Of a DNA stretch of 64,000 bases, positions 11,356 through 26,030 are shown piece by piece. Where the stretch lies: positions 119,310-183,309 of the forward strand of contig NW_003314352.1 of assembly GCF_000143415.4 (NCBI RefSeq), written 5' to 3'. How positions within the stretch are numbered: position 1 is the stretch's first letter; every line of letters begins with the position of its first letter. A program made the translations under genes and the position numbers. Below the pieces are notes generated by a model. That model did no database searches. It saw nothing but the letters and a program-made list of their open reading frames with translations, and had not been told where the DNA came from. This stretch comes from Selaginella moellendorffii (taxonomy: Eukaryota; Plantae; Lycopodiophyta).

Positions 11356-11585
11356 GCTGCTGAGCCGCCTAGGCTCGTCTCCTTCCTCTGTGCTAGAGCT
11401 GACCTTCCAAATAGAAACTTCCGCGTAAGTCTAGTTCATGTAAGGCTTATCTCGAGTTTTGGGACGACTAAGTCTCGGTGGATCGCTCGCGCTGATTATT
11501 CACAGCAAAGAATACTGTACACATTTGTCCACCACATCGCTGGCTCTGATAGAGAAACGCTGGAAAACAAACCAGAGAACACCCT

Positions 11586-12739
11586 TTAAGCTACAAACAC
11601 TATGAGGATCACCAAGAGTAAGACGCCAAAGAGGAAGACCAACAAACAAGTCTGCAGAAAAACAAAGGTAAAGTTGCCAGTCAGAGATAAAAAAGAGATC
11701 AAACTTACCAGAGATGTTCCGGACTTTTGACTCTCCTCGGCTCTTGACAAGTGCCGCCTCGCATCGCGAGTTAGAGCTTCGGAGCTATCCACATTTGTCT
11801 CGACCTCACCTATACAGCAATAAAACAACAAAGGTTTTGATACCACAACAAGTCTTGCAACAAATCCTCACCTATAATGTTGCCTTGCTCTCGCACCAAA
11901 ACAGCCAGGTCGGAAAAAATCTCATGCACTTCTCCTATTTGATTTTGGATCTCTCTTATGCTTTCTTCTCGCTCCTCGATGATGGCTTCATTGAACATGA
12001 CTTCGTTCTCCAGACGCAAGACATCTTGCCTGCATCAATCAGCCAGTTCAGAGATGAGAGAAAGAGAACAGACAAGTAGAGTACCGTCTTTGCTCGACTA
12101 GCATAGCTCGATCCTCTCGACTCTCCTGTGAAGTAAGGTTTAGCTCACCGGCTGTGTAACTATATGGAATAAGAAGCTGGAAATCAGAAACTTGGTTGAC
12201 GTGATGAAGCAAGTACCTCGAAGGAAGAACGGCTTCAGGGACGAACGGTGTATACGCTGCTTCCCATTCGGCAGCTTTCTTCTGGACTGCTTGAAAGTCC
12301 TGCAGAACCGCCTGGAAATCTCTTGCAAGCTTTGCATCTTCGTATTTCTTGCTGGCCTGTATGATCCATCAACGAGTAAAGAAAAAACCACAAAGGAGAG
12401 AAAAGATCCTACACTTCCTGGAACACTGTGGTCGATTTTGCTTGCTTCCTTCAACGCGTTCGAGGTGTCCTTCACCATGTTCCCAATCTGTTGCCGCAAT
12501 TTGTGACTAGACAAGAATGAAAATAAAATCACAGATGAACGGAAGAACAATGTTCTTTTGACTTACAGCTGCTTGCGTCCTTCAACCGTGTCTTTGGGAG
12601 TTCCCAAATTATTGACGAGCTTCTTGAAGGCGGACACTCTTGTGTTGATTTGGAAAACGCCGCTCGACAGCAGCGACGTAGCCCGCTGTTGCTTGCTCGG
12701 CGAAGGCCCTTCATTGGATTCTATGTCCTGATAGCTCAT
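11586..12739 (-). CDS. SYP22: Qa-SNARE syntaxin of plants 2 family (SYP21/22-like), multi-exon
   Basis: MSYQDIE..SGVFQINTRVSAFKKLVNNLGTPKDT; SNARE motif FNEAIIEEREESIREIQNQIGEVHEIFSDLAVLVREQG; C-terminal TM CLLVFLFGVLLLVILIVFVA. Confidence 0.9.
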
Positions 12740-12922
12740 GATCCCCGAAAACCCCTAGCGCCCAAAAATCCTCTCCTTACTCCCCAGCCGCGGCCGGGCC
12801 GCTACAATCTTAAGATCTAGGCTATCTAGCACTTACGATCCACCAGCGCGCGATCGCGTGCTTGAACAACAATGGCGTGCCCGACAATGACGTGACGCCC
12901 TAAAAATAAGCCTCTAATATTC

Positions 12923-12934
12923 TGCCACGTGGCA
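12923..12934. promoter_or_regulatory. Palindromic G-box (TGCCACGTGGCA) upstream of SYP2
   Basis: Perfect 12-bp palindrome containing CACGTG, about 185 bp upstream of the SYP2 ATG. Confidence 0.4.
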
Positions 12935-12954
12935 ATAAAGAACAAAAAAAAGAT

Positions 12955-13027
12955 CACTCTCGGTGGGACTCGAACCCACAATCCCTTGATTAGAAGTCAA
13001 ATGCCTTATCCATTAGGCCACGAGAGC
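12955..13027 (-). tRNA. tRNA-Arg(UCU)
   Basis: GCTCTCGTGGCCTAATGGATAAGGCATTTGACTTCTAATCAAGGGATTGTGGGTTCGAGTCCCACCGAGAGTG: 73-nt cloverleaf, anticodon TCT, oligo-T terminator downstream, TATA-like tract about 30 bp upstream. Confidence 0.95.
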
Positions 13028-13134
13028 CAATGGCAAACACTATTGAAATCTGAGGTATATATAGAAAGGTATTTGGAGGTATTTGAAAGTTTTAGCGGGA
13101 AATTCTCCTCTCTCTAGGGTTCTTCGTTGTCGCC

Positions 13135-16346
<3,212 letters not shown>

Positions 16347-16362
16347 AAAAAAAGGAATCTTG

Positions 16363-16445
16363 TCCGACCTGCCGGAATCGAACCAGCGACCTAAGGATTT
16401 CTGAGAAACTACAGTCCTCCGCTCTACCAACTGAGCTAAGGTCGG
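16363..16445 (-). tRNA. tRNA-Tyr(GUA) with 10-nt intron
   Basis: CCGACCTTAGCTCAGTTGGTAGAGCGGAGGACTGTAG[TTTCTCAGAA]ATCCTTAGGTCGCTGGTTCGATTCCGGCAGGTCGGA, followed by a T-run terminator. Confidence 0.95.
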
Positions 16446-16544
16446 AATATGAAGGTGAATCAAAATTCTGACGTTATAAATCGTGAATCGATTAAAAAAA
16501 AGGTTTTTTTTTCAGACAATTCACTTATATCCTGTTTGGAACTT

Positions 16545-17113
16545 TCAGAAGAGCAGCGATGCCCAGGCAGCAAGGAACGAAGCTCCACCAAAAGGCGCCA
16601 AAAACGCATACTTGCGGTTCTCTAGAATCGCTACAGTGTAGCAGCTGCCACAAAAAGTAAGAGCTCTCTCATTCCCTCCTCTAGAAAACAATCCAAGCTT
16701 ACGTTCCAGAGAAAGCGAAGATTCCAAACGATAGAAGACCACCAAACTGCGAAAGCGGGGACCAAAGATGAAAGAACGAATCGATCGATCGAGAGACTTA
16801 CGACGTGAGGATGCTTGGCAACTGGAGCCGCGACCAGCGCCGCCGTGTGCATCAAATGATACAATGCCGCGGTGTTGTAAACCTTCGCAAAACAAAAATT
16901 CGCGAAGAAATTCGAGCAAAGCTGAAGAACTCCTCCCATACCTCCTTGTAAACGGGATTCTTTGGCTTGTACATATGCGATCCATACGTTCCAAGCCCCA
17001 CGGCGGCCATTCCTGCGAGAAAAGGGGCAAAATTCGTCGCCAAAATCGACCCACAAGGGGAGAAAGCGCTCACCGGAGAATGCCGCTACCTTATGCCACA
17101 CGGTCGGATCCAT
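16545..17113 (-). CDS. TMEM256/DUF423 family small membrane protein (multi-exon)
   Basis: MDPTVWHKVAAFSG|MAAVGLGTYGSH..|YNTAALYHLMHTAAL..|FSGT|CYTVAILENRKY..LAPFGG..FLAAWASLLF. Confidence 0.88.
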
Positions 17114-17558
17114 CGCGCGCACGTATTGCGACACGGACGCCGTGAATCCCTCCTCCTTGCGCGCTTGAGCTCCAAGAAGAAGCTCCTCTTCTCCCTCGTT
17201 AGCTGCCATTTGAGCCAAAACCCTAAAATCACCACCAGGTGCCACGTCAGCTGACACCTGGCGGTAATTGTCATCCATGTCATACACACACACACGATTC
17301 ACACACACTAGATTCATTCATTCCCACGTCTAGGGCTTTAGCGGGAGTCCGTGGCGTGGTAGCGAGCGCCACGCAATTCCTCCAGGTGAAATGGCTGCCG
17401 AGACGTCGATTCTCGGGGTAGAGAAGCAGTCGCTTAGATTGAGAGGCCTTCATTGCGAAGGCGCGGCAAGAATCGGGCGCGGGATTAGAGGGAGAGGGAT
17501 TCCAGATAGCGGTAGGGAGCTCGTTGTGTCGATCGAGCCATTGTTTTTCGGCAGGATC

Positions 17559-18540
17559 ATGACGATCGATTCGATTAGGATACACAACGCGCCACTCCAG
17601 GGGGGGAATTTCATCCGTAGTAGCAGGAATTTTGCAGCGCCTTCCTCGCGGCTGAAGATCGCAAGCACGAAATTCAGTCCAGGGAGGAGATTTGTGGATA
17701 GAGATTTTAGCGTGCGCGCCTCGGCATCGGCCGGTCCCGGACAAACGCAGAACGGGTAAACAATTTTCTTTTCCTTTCATTTCTTTGCTCATTGGTGCTA
17801 GTTTTGGAGTTTATTGACTCAAACGTTATGTGTTTTGGATGACTGATATTGTTTTGCTAGAGGTGGAGAGAAGGCATTGCCTGTGAAGCCCGATCCATCG
17901 GTATGATTAATTTCCCTCCTCTGTAAGAAGTTATGTTTTTTTTTCCTCTTCTTTCGCTGAAATTTTGCGGGTTTTATTTTGTTTGCAGGTAACTCCTGAC
18001 GACGTTGTGCTAGCTCAACTCAAAGCATTACGAGAGCGAGACCTCGCGACTGTGTAAGCTGGTGAAATTTTCTTTTTTTACTGAATATTCATTTCGTCTT
18101 TTCTAGATACGAGTTTGCCTCCCCGGCAAACAAGAGCCACACTGGTCCGCTCCCGAGGTTCACGCAAATGATGGAGAGAGCTTACAGTGTAAGTCCTAAA
18201 AATACAGCAACTTAGTGATCTTCTTATCCATCTTGTGTGATCCAGCTGATGATTGGACATAAGGATGCTCGGATTCTCAGCTCGATGACTATAAGCCCGA
18301 ATAGATTTCAGCAGGTACCATAAACTAGTGCTTTCTTCAGTCATACTCTTTCACAATTTTGCAGCGCATTGTCATTACGGGTGCCAATGGGAAGAACGCA
18401 ACTTTCTCTTGGGCATTATCAAAGCAGGTGGTCTGTCAAAAAGAGAAAACGATCTTTCTGAAGACTTGCTTTTCTTTTTGCAGGAAGAAGGTGCTCATGA
18501 AGGATGCTGGATGACAGACACCGTGAGGCGGGACGATTGA
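17559..18540 (+). CDS. Putative plastid-targeted DUF4864-like protein (multi-exon)
   Basis: Ser/Arg-rich transit-like N-terminus (..SVRASA), then PDDVVLAQLKAL, YEFASPANKSHTGPLPRFTQMM, FSWALSKQ and EGCWMTDTV. The start could be the upstream in-frame ATG at 17391. Confidence 0.65.
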
Positions 18541-18691
18541 AATCACACGCTAGATGGGAACTAAAAATAAAAGCTACTCTGAAAATGAAGCTGGTAAATC
18601 TATCCTATCTTATTCGCAGATCTGGTACTGCTTATTCTACTTCTTTGAGTAGTTTTTCTCGCAGCAAAAGCTAGAACAAAAGCCAGTGCTC

Positions 18692-19243
18692 CTAGCAGCA
18701 GAACGCGTCCCGGAGGTCGTCCAGCTCAAAACTGGAATCGGCATCCTCGTCCAGGTCTTTCAGGAGCTGGGAAAGATCGTCGTCGGGCTCGTCTTCGTCG
18801 TCCACGATCGGGGCGGCCGCCGGCATGACGTGGTAAATCACTCTGTGGGTCGTTTCAAAGAAGTTGCTGGCATCGATCAGCTCCATCATCTTCTGGTACG
18901 CGTCCTTCAAGGCCAGGCCCCCGGCGCACACGGCCTCGCGCACGTCCTTGACGAGCTCTTTCGAGCTGTCGTAGCGATCTTCTTCCTCGTCGCCGTCGCC
19001 GTCGCCGTGGTCGCCCTTGTCATCGCAGTCGGGCTTCCTGGAGCTGGCGATCTTCTCTAGCGTCGAGACCTGGAACTGGATCGCCGCCGCATAGGCTTGA
19101 CCCAGAGTGGCGTAGAAGCCCTTTGGCACCGACTCAATGTTGCGGAAGCCCGTGTCATCGTCCTCGAAGATGAATCTTACCACGGCGTAGTACTCGCTCT
19201 CCGCTTTCCTCCGCTTGCTGCCCAGGCTCTTGGTCCTCGCCAT
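18692..19243 (-). CDS. Intronless acidic hypothetical protein (183 aa), N-terminus MARTKSLGSKRRK
   Basis: Open GC3-rich ORF with a telo-like TTTAGGGTT just upstream of the ATG. No recognised domain. Confidence 0.6.
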   Translation of the reverse strand: MARTKSLGSKRRKAESEYYAVVRFIFEDDDTGFRNIESVPKGFYATLGQAYAAAIQFQVSTLEKIASSRKPDCDDKGDHGDGDGDEEEDRYDSSKELVKDVREAVCAGGLALKDAYQKMMELIDASNFFETTHRVIYHVMPAAAPIVDDEDEPDDDLSQLLKDLDEDADSSFELDDLRDAFCC

Positions 19244-19418
19244 CCCTCCCAAGAACCCTAAAAGTGTGACGTCAGTTCAATCTTTGCCAACTTCTATGCA
19301 TCCTTTTTATAACGCTCTAATTTACACATTTTTCTAAAGGAAACAAGACGTTTCTAATAATTTAACAAAAGTGAGAGCTCGAGAATTCGTTGTCTCTGAT
19401 CGATTTACAACAAGGTTT

Positions 19419-19472
19419 TTGTCCCGCTACGATTCGAATCCATTCGATGAGGAAGACGTTAATCCCTTCTCG
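19419..19472 (+). pseudogene. Orphan first-exon remnant of a SCAMP gene
   Basis: (TTG)SRYDSNPFDEEDVNPFS followed by a GTGAG donor, matching the double-NPF N-terminus of plant SCAMPs. The ATG is lost and no further SCAMP exons are seen. Confidence 0.55.
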
Positions 19473-20265
19473 GTGAGAAATTCTTCCCTTTCGATTTCTT
19501 TTCAGCAGTGAGTTAATAAAGAATCGGCTTGGAACGACCCTTCTAGGAGCTATAGAACACCAGCTTATGACAGCTTTGAAAGAAGCTAGAAGTTCTTTCG
19601 ACAATTTAACTTTTCCAGCTTCGAATGTAAAACAAACAGGGAGCGAACCTTAGACCAGCCCAATCCCCCAGGCCATGGACTATTCTCAAAATATTCCCGT
19701 GGTTCGTGTCAGAATGGGTCCTAAGTTGTCTCTTGGCTTTCTTCAACAAGTATCTGGCGGCAAATGAGCTCGCCAACCGTCCCTGGAATCCCACTCTAAC
19801 ACGGCACAAGTACGAGTGTATCGCCACAGGACACTTGACAGCCTCGTACCCGTGGTTTGGATCGTCGGGCGGAGGGAACTCGAGCAACTAAGCCCAAGGG
19901 GATAATCGCTTAATCGCTCTTCCCGGGATGTGTCCAGCTTGAGAACCGGCTAAAAATCTACATGCTTTTCTGGTTTGTCATGCTTGAGCGTTCCTCCACA
20001 AACAAATCTCGTTCGAGGAGCCCTAGGAGATGGTGACGCGTGGCGGCTGCCTCTCGCTTAAACGTCAATTTCCCCATTTCGACCACTTTCATTTGTTTGG
20101 CTCCCATAAAGAGGCATGACTTTCCCTCTTTTCTATTTCTATTCCTCTCGCGATTCCCGTTGCATTCGCAGCGTACAGAAGCTAGATCGCCGCTCGCCTA
20201 TAGAATCGTGGGCTCGCGGCATGGGATAGGGATTAGAAATCTTTGGGAGGAGGTTTGGACGATCC

Positions 20266-20916
20266 ATGGATCGGCGCGGAGTGATCAGCTGCTTTACGCG
20301 GACGTCTCCGGCTAGGGACTCCACCTCCTCGGTACTGCTACTGCTCGGCAGTGATCAAAATCTCCTCCAGCAGCTTCAAGGCGAGGATCATCGCGACCAG
20401 CGTTGGCGGCAGTATTGCGAGAGTCTTGATGATCAAGAGGAGATGGCGGGCGGCGATCAGGACGAGGGGCCCGACGATGCCGGAAGGCCGCCAAAGTCGT
20501 GCTTGCCGACGGCATTCTTTAAGTCGTGGCCGCTCCTTTCTTTGCTCCTCGCCAAGCGGCCTTGGCCAGGGTTGGATTCTTCCCCCGAGAACAGGAGGAA
20601 GAACAGCACGCCAACCTCTAGTCATGATCAGGCCCGGGATTCTTCCAGGAGCCAGGCGGCGATCGTGGCCAATGCCGCGGTGTGGAGGATCATGGCCAAG
20701 AGGATCGTGAGCGAGGTCCATTGCCGGAGGCGGCGAATGGTCCGGCAGATGAGCGGCGGGCTCATGGCGAGGAAGAAGGGGATCGATTTCGCGTACGACG
20801 AGGGGAGCTACGCCAAGAACTTCGACATGGGGCGCGAGAATTGGATCAAAAGTGATCCGTGCTTGGCAGTGAGGAGGAGCGATGAGATTCAAGAGCACCA
20901 GGATAAACATGTGTGA
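20266..20916 (+). CDS. Uncharacterised plant protein with C-terminal FxYDxxSYxxNFDxG motif
   Basis: 216-aa single-exon ORF. FAYDEGSYAKNFDMG matches a motif widespread in small uncharacterised plant proteins. Confidence 0.65.
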   Translation: MDRRGVISCFTRTSPARDSTSSVLLLLGSDQNLLQQLQGEDHRDQRWRQYCESLDDQEEMAGGDQDEGPDDAGRPPKSCLPTAFFKSWPLLSLLLAKRPWPGLDSSPENRRKNSTPTSSHDQARDSSRSQAAIVANAAVWRIMAKRIVSEVHCRRRRMVRQMSGGLMARKKGIDFAYDEGSYAKNFDMGRENWIKSDPCLAVRRSDEIQEHQDKHV

Positions 20917-21321
20917 CTAGCGACATCTTTTCAAGCTTTTTAGTTTTTCAAGTTCAGTGGCACTCACAGGCTATCATGTTGCCCTCCCTGTGCTGCCAAA
21001 AGAATCCCTCGTGCCTGTTCCCTACTGATATAACAGCATGGGGCCACCATGCATTGGGTTTAGGTAAATTACTATACTCTTTATGCAATTTAAATTGCTT
21101 ACTATAATTTTGAAAAACAATACTTTTAATTTTAGATACTAAATTGACGAGTTTACAATTTACTTTACAAATAAAAAGGATAAAGGTAAACTTAAAGGGG
21201 CTAGTTGCTAATTCCACGCTATTAATGAGAGCAATCACTTCCAGAACACCCTCATGGATCACTCCTAGCATGTGCAAGTAACAATATCCTCAACTTAAGA
21301 TGGTGCAAAAGGTGGTGAGAG

Positions 21322-21402
21322 TATTCTTGTGGTGATGATTAATATTACTGGATGAGAGTTATAAACTCAATCATGGTCACTGTTTTCATCACCACAAGAA
21401 TA
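21322..21402. repeat. Short foldback hairpin (pre-miRNA-like or MITE remnant)
   Basis: TATTCTTGTGGTGATGA (21322-21338) pairs perfectly with TCATCACCACAAGAATA (21386-21402). An imperfect inner stem closes on GAGTT-ATA-AACTC. Confidence 0.7.
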
Positions 21403-22110
21403 TGGTAATAACCACTTTTTACTCTTTGGCATCACTAAATTACCAAGCTAAGCTTGGTTTGGCATTCATTCAGTCTATCTTGCATCATAAAAAATCTGGT
21501 TATAAAGTACAGAAAATTATATGAAATTTAATGATCTTAGAAAAGATGAGAAAGAAAAGATGTCATGCTTCTTCCATATTTTTCATGGTCTATTTTGTTA
21601 TATATAGATTCTTTGTGAGGTTTCATATATACAATGTAGATATAAACAAGATTAACTTTGGTTGCCACTAAACCACTGATTATCTATAAAAGTATAAAAT
21701 CCTCATAATCTAAAGATACCTCTCTTTTGCTATATTGAGGGTGCTTTTGGTGCCAGATAGCTTTTGTGATTTTTTGTTAATCATTAGCATGGAAGGTTGT
21801 AGGAGTGATTGTTTTTCTTGTAGGTTTGAGCATAAGCTACCATCCTTCTGTAGCAAGACTGTCCTTTCACAGCAAGAGTGGGAGTATTATGAGTTAAGTA
21901 CCAAATATTGCTACATAACATCACATTGCACCTTTAGTTAATAGAAAAACTTATTTAACTTCTGAGTCATACATATCTTATATAGGAGAGTCACAGTATG
22001 TATGGAGAAAGCGTGAAATAAAATATAAAAAACCAACTCCCCAAGGTGTTATATGCTAAAGAATCTCCAAAAGCATGATTGAAATGATAAAGAGTTTATT
22101 GAACGAAATT

Positions 22111-22397
22111 GAGTTCAAGATCAAGTTTGAGACTAAATTCGAGACCAAGTTCGAGACCAAGTTCAAGACCAAGTCCAAGATCGAGTTCGAAACCGAAGTC
22201 TGAGATCTAAGAACAGGTTCGAGACTGAGTCCAAGATCAAGTCTAAGATCAAGTCCGAGATAGAGTCCAAAGTTGGGTTTGAGACTAAGTCTAAGATCAA
22301 GTCTGAGATCAAGTTTAAGATAGAGTCCGAGGTTGAGTTCAAGATCAAGTTCAAAATCGAGTCCAAGGTCGAGTTCGAGGTCGAGTCCAAGATCAAG
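22111..22397. repeat. Degenerate hexamer/12-mer minisatellite (RAGTYY RAGAYY)
   Basis: Period-6 array such as GAGACC AAGTTC GAGACC AAGTTC AAGACC AAGTCC AAGATC. Confidence 0.85.
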
Positions 22398-23095
22398 AAG
22401 GTATTAAACCTTCAAAAGTGATGAAGGCAAAAATCTTTTTCTTCTTGGAGATTCTCTACAACCATGAAATTAAACTCAATAATAATAAAGTTGTCACTGG
22501 TATTAATGCTTTTATAGAAAGAATATGATTTAACTGCTGAAAATAACTAGACTAAGAGGTGTTGATCAAACTTGATCAATTGCAGCATCTTTGGTGTGGA
22601 AATCCACACTATTTCCATAAACAACATCCAAGGACACAATGGTGATCTGGCTGCTAGAGGCACCTAATTTCTTGAGTATTACAAGAAAGTGTGGGTGAAT
22701 GAAGAAACCATTGCTTGGCAGCCATGTTGCAATAAGGTGATCTATCTTCTTGAAACAAAAATAAAGGTTATTCTGAGAATATTCTTTTAGACAATTTTAA
22801 AGTATAAAGGTTAAAGGTTAAAAAGATGCACAAAGACTTTTACCTTGGGAAAATTGGGGTACACCAAACATCATAGAGATCTAGGTGGGATGCTTTATGT
22901 TAACACATGTACCACCTATCTAGATACCCAGATAACTTGTATAACGACTATGGTGTGTTTTCCTCCATGTGGCTCAGTTAGGCACTCGATTTTGAGAATA
23001 TTCTTTCTTAATCTAGGAGTTCTGCTAATTTATTTGAACCGATATTAGATGCAATGTTTAGATTTTGTACTTTCTAAACAAACATACCCAAATTC

Positions 23096-23121
23096 TATTA
23101 TTATTATTATTATTATTATTA
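23096..23121. repeat. (TTA)n microsatellite
   Basis: Direct reading of the sequence. Confidence 0.8.
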
Positions 23122-23285
23122 CAAGTTTAAGATCATTAGCATAGCAAAAGTAGGAAATATGAGATCACATAAATCAGAATATTTGGGTTTGAAAAAAATT
23201 CTTGATTAGTTGTACCTTAGATGTTTGACTTAATGTAGTGCAGATTATAAAAGGGCATTCTTTTACCTCATATTACCATGTAAGT

Positions 23286-24014
23286 ATGGAAAGCAAAACA
23301 TTTCTCTATTTAATTTTATTACTTGCAGTCATTCTGAAAAATGAAAATTTTTGTGCTGCCACTACAAGTATCAAAGTAGAAGGCTATGTTTATTGCACTA
23401 ACTGTGGTTCACTTTCTCAGAGTGGCATCTTCAGTAAGAAAATGATCTATCTTCTATATTTTTCTAATCTTGTTAAATCTTTCAGATGTCAAGGTAAACC
23501 TGGTTTGTCCAAGAGATAGTGATTCATCATTTACAAATAGTAGAGGATACTTTGATATCTTTGAAATAGTGAAGACTGGAACAAATATTGGGAGTTGCCA
23601 AGTGAATGTGGATACAAGTAGAGCACCACGAGGGTGTTCTCTCTTAACAGACATAAATGGTGGATCAAGTGGCCAATCCTTAAGAACATGCATCAATAAT
23701 GGAAATAATAAGTTCATTTGTGGACCCTATTATTTTACTCCAAATGCTTGTTCACCTCCACCACCCCTCCACCACCACCACCACCTAGAAGACCACCCCC
23801 ACCACGACCAAGAACTCCTCTACCACCACAACCAAGAAGGCCACCACCACCTAGAACACAACCACCACCACCACCTACACCACCACTATCACCAACTCCA
23901 CCACCATTAGAACCACCCCTATTGTCACCACTAGCACCAACACCTCCAACATTGGCACCAGAATCACCAGCATCAGCACCAGGCCCAGCTCCTACACCAT
24001 CATCATTGCTATAA
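23286..24014 (+). CDS. Pollen Ole e 1 domain / proline-rich extensin-like secreted protein with an apparent +1 frameshift
   Basis: Signal peptide; VEGYVYCTNC; intron 23434-23485; VNLVCP..TNSRGYF..CQV..PRGC..GPYYF. The Pro-rich tail lies in another frame after about 23767. Confidence 0.7.
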
Positions 24015-24999
24015 GTTCATAAATAATTTAACATAATAAAAATAATCATATTACCTTACTGTGCTGGGTTGAGTGATATGCTCTTATGTGATGATAGGAG
24101 AGTGGCAATACTTTGCTGTCCTGCTTGTACTGTAGGATGTGGTGATGAACTTGAGAGAAAGAATGAAGGTAAGATTTTTTTTCATTTCATTCATTAGAAC
24201 TCTTGATCTCTCTTGTCTAAACTTTGCATAGAAAACTCTACTCTAAACTTTATATGAAAACAAACACATGAGTTCATTGTAAGGAAATGAGTGCCTTTGT
24301 GTCTATGGCAAGACTAGCTGCTTAAGAAAGTTTATAACTGTAAACATTTTTATAATTTATAAATATCCAGAAGAGAGCTGTTTAAGAAAGTTTTTAAATT
24401 ATAAAATATATTTATACTTGATTAATATAAATGTATAACATACTTTAGATGGTATAATAATTAGTTCAAAAAGGTAACCAAATCCACACTGAAGGAATGC
24501 TTGCTAATCCATAGCAAACCAAATGTGTACCTACTCGGATCATTGCTTTGATCTCTACATATACAACAAGAATAATTACCCAATCTTATTAGATGACTCA
24601 GAGGCAGTATGAATAACTAATAAAACATAAATCTTTAGAAGATGGAACTTGGCTAGATACTTGAACGAAGAATGGGAGAAATCTTTTCCTATAGGAACAA
24701 TTAAGATATTGAGGCCCTAGAAGTACTTGAAAACACCTTACATACCTGTGTATAGAAAATGAGAAGACAAGCTAGAAAGGCTCTTAAATCAAAAAGTTAA
24801 GTACCCACAAAGAATAATATTGAAGAATATTATTCTAGGTATACTCCTGTTTTTATTTTTTTTTTGGAGAAAACACCGGAATATTTTACGAATCAAATTA
24901 CAATTTAAATCGATCCACTTTTCACGACCTAAGTACACAAAAAGCAGGACGTGAGCAATGCAAGGTTTCCCTCCATATCCTTGTCCTCTTATTGCACCT

Positions 25000-26030
25000 G
25001 TAAGAAAACAAAGAGTCTTTGTAAAACACTTTCAAGAGAAGAGTTACTTACCGGCTGAGACTGATTGAATGCTGACCAGCTGGTTCGCAGTAACCTTGGT
25101 ATAAAGATTATTACTGTCCTCAGCGAACAAAAACTTCTAGATGAGCTGCAGGATGTTGAGACTCTCGTCGAAGCTCTGGTATGGAGTGCTGAGCTTGTCG
25201 ACCACCATCCGAAACAGACAGTTCTCACTGCGGTTGAGCCTCTCCAAAACGATCCTCTTAACAGCGGGCGAGTACGCAATGGCCAGCTTGATCCAGGGCA
25301 CTGGAACTAGGAGGCGCTGAAACCAGTTCTTGGGAATCTTCCCCATGTACACAAAGACACAAGCACAAGCAATCCAGAAACGCTTACCTTCCAGGAGGTA
25401 CCCTTACAACATGGCAGGCGCTGACCAAGAAAGTCCCAGAATCCAAGTGATGTAGATGTAATCCATGGAGAGATCGTACTGCGGCGGCTCCATCACCGGA
25501 TATTGATTCGACACAAACACGCCCAGCTTGAGCAACAGCTCGAGCAAGCGAAACCAAAGTCACTCGTAGCACTTGATGTCCCGGCACAGAAACACCCCTC
25601 CTCGTTCCGGATGAAGTCCCGGAACTGGACTGGGTCCTCAAGGATGGCAGCCATCATCGGCATCACAGCAGCATCCACGCTATTGTAGGCATACGTCCCT
25701 CGCCCCATATCTTCCAAGTATGCTCATTTGCGCTGGTCATCAGCAAGCATGTAGTCGCGGACTGCGTCGATGATCTCGTCCGAAGGTTGATGCTCGCTTC
25801 TCTCTTTTTGGCACTGTCAACTGCACTTGAAGAGTTAGCCTCAGCAGCCAACACACACATACACACACACAGAGGGGGAGAGAAAGAGAGAGAGAGAGAG
25901 AGGGCCTTGTTGAGCAGGCGAGAGCGAGAGGGAGAGGTACGATCACGTGGATGAAGACGGCCTTGTCGAGCAGCCGCCTCCACTCTTCTGGATCTGGATG
26001 ATCCGCAAGCAGCTCTACGAGACACTCTCT
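25000..26030 (-). pseudogene. Spliced pseudogene of unknown family
   Basis: GC-rich coding-like exons with GT-AG junctions, in-frame stops (..DYMLADDQRK*AYLEDMG..; DIKCYE*LWFRLLELLLKLG..APAML*GYLLE) and a frameshift. Confidence 0.45.

Noticed and set aside
18692-19243. CENH3 or histone H3 variant
   Set aside because: Only MARTK matches. There is no histone-fold domain and the protein is strongly acidic.
19606-19887. 93-aa minus-strand ORF
   Set aside because: No ATG start or recognisable domain; probably a gene fragment or chance ORF.
22111-22397. Possible CRISPR-like array
   Set aside because: Continuous 6/12-bp periodicity with no unique spacers, no cas genes, and a eukaryotic context.
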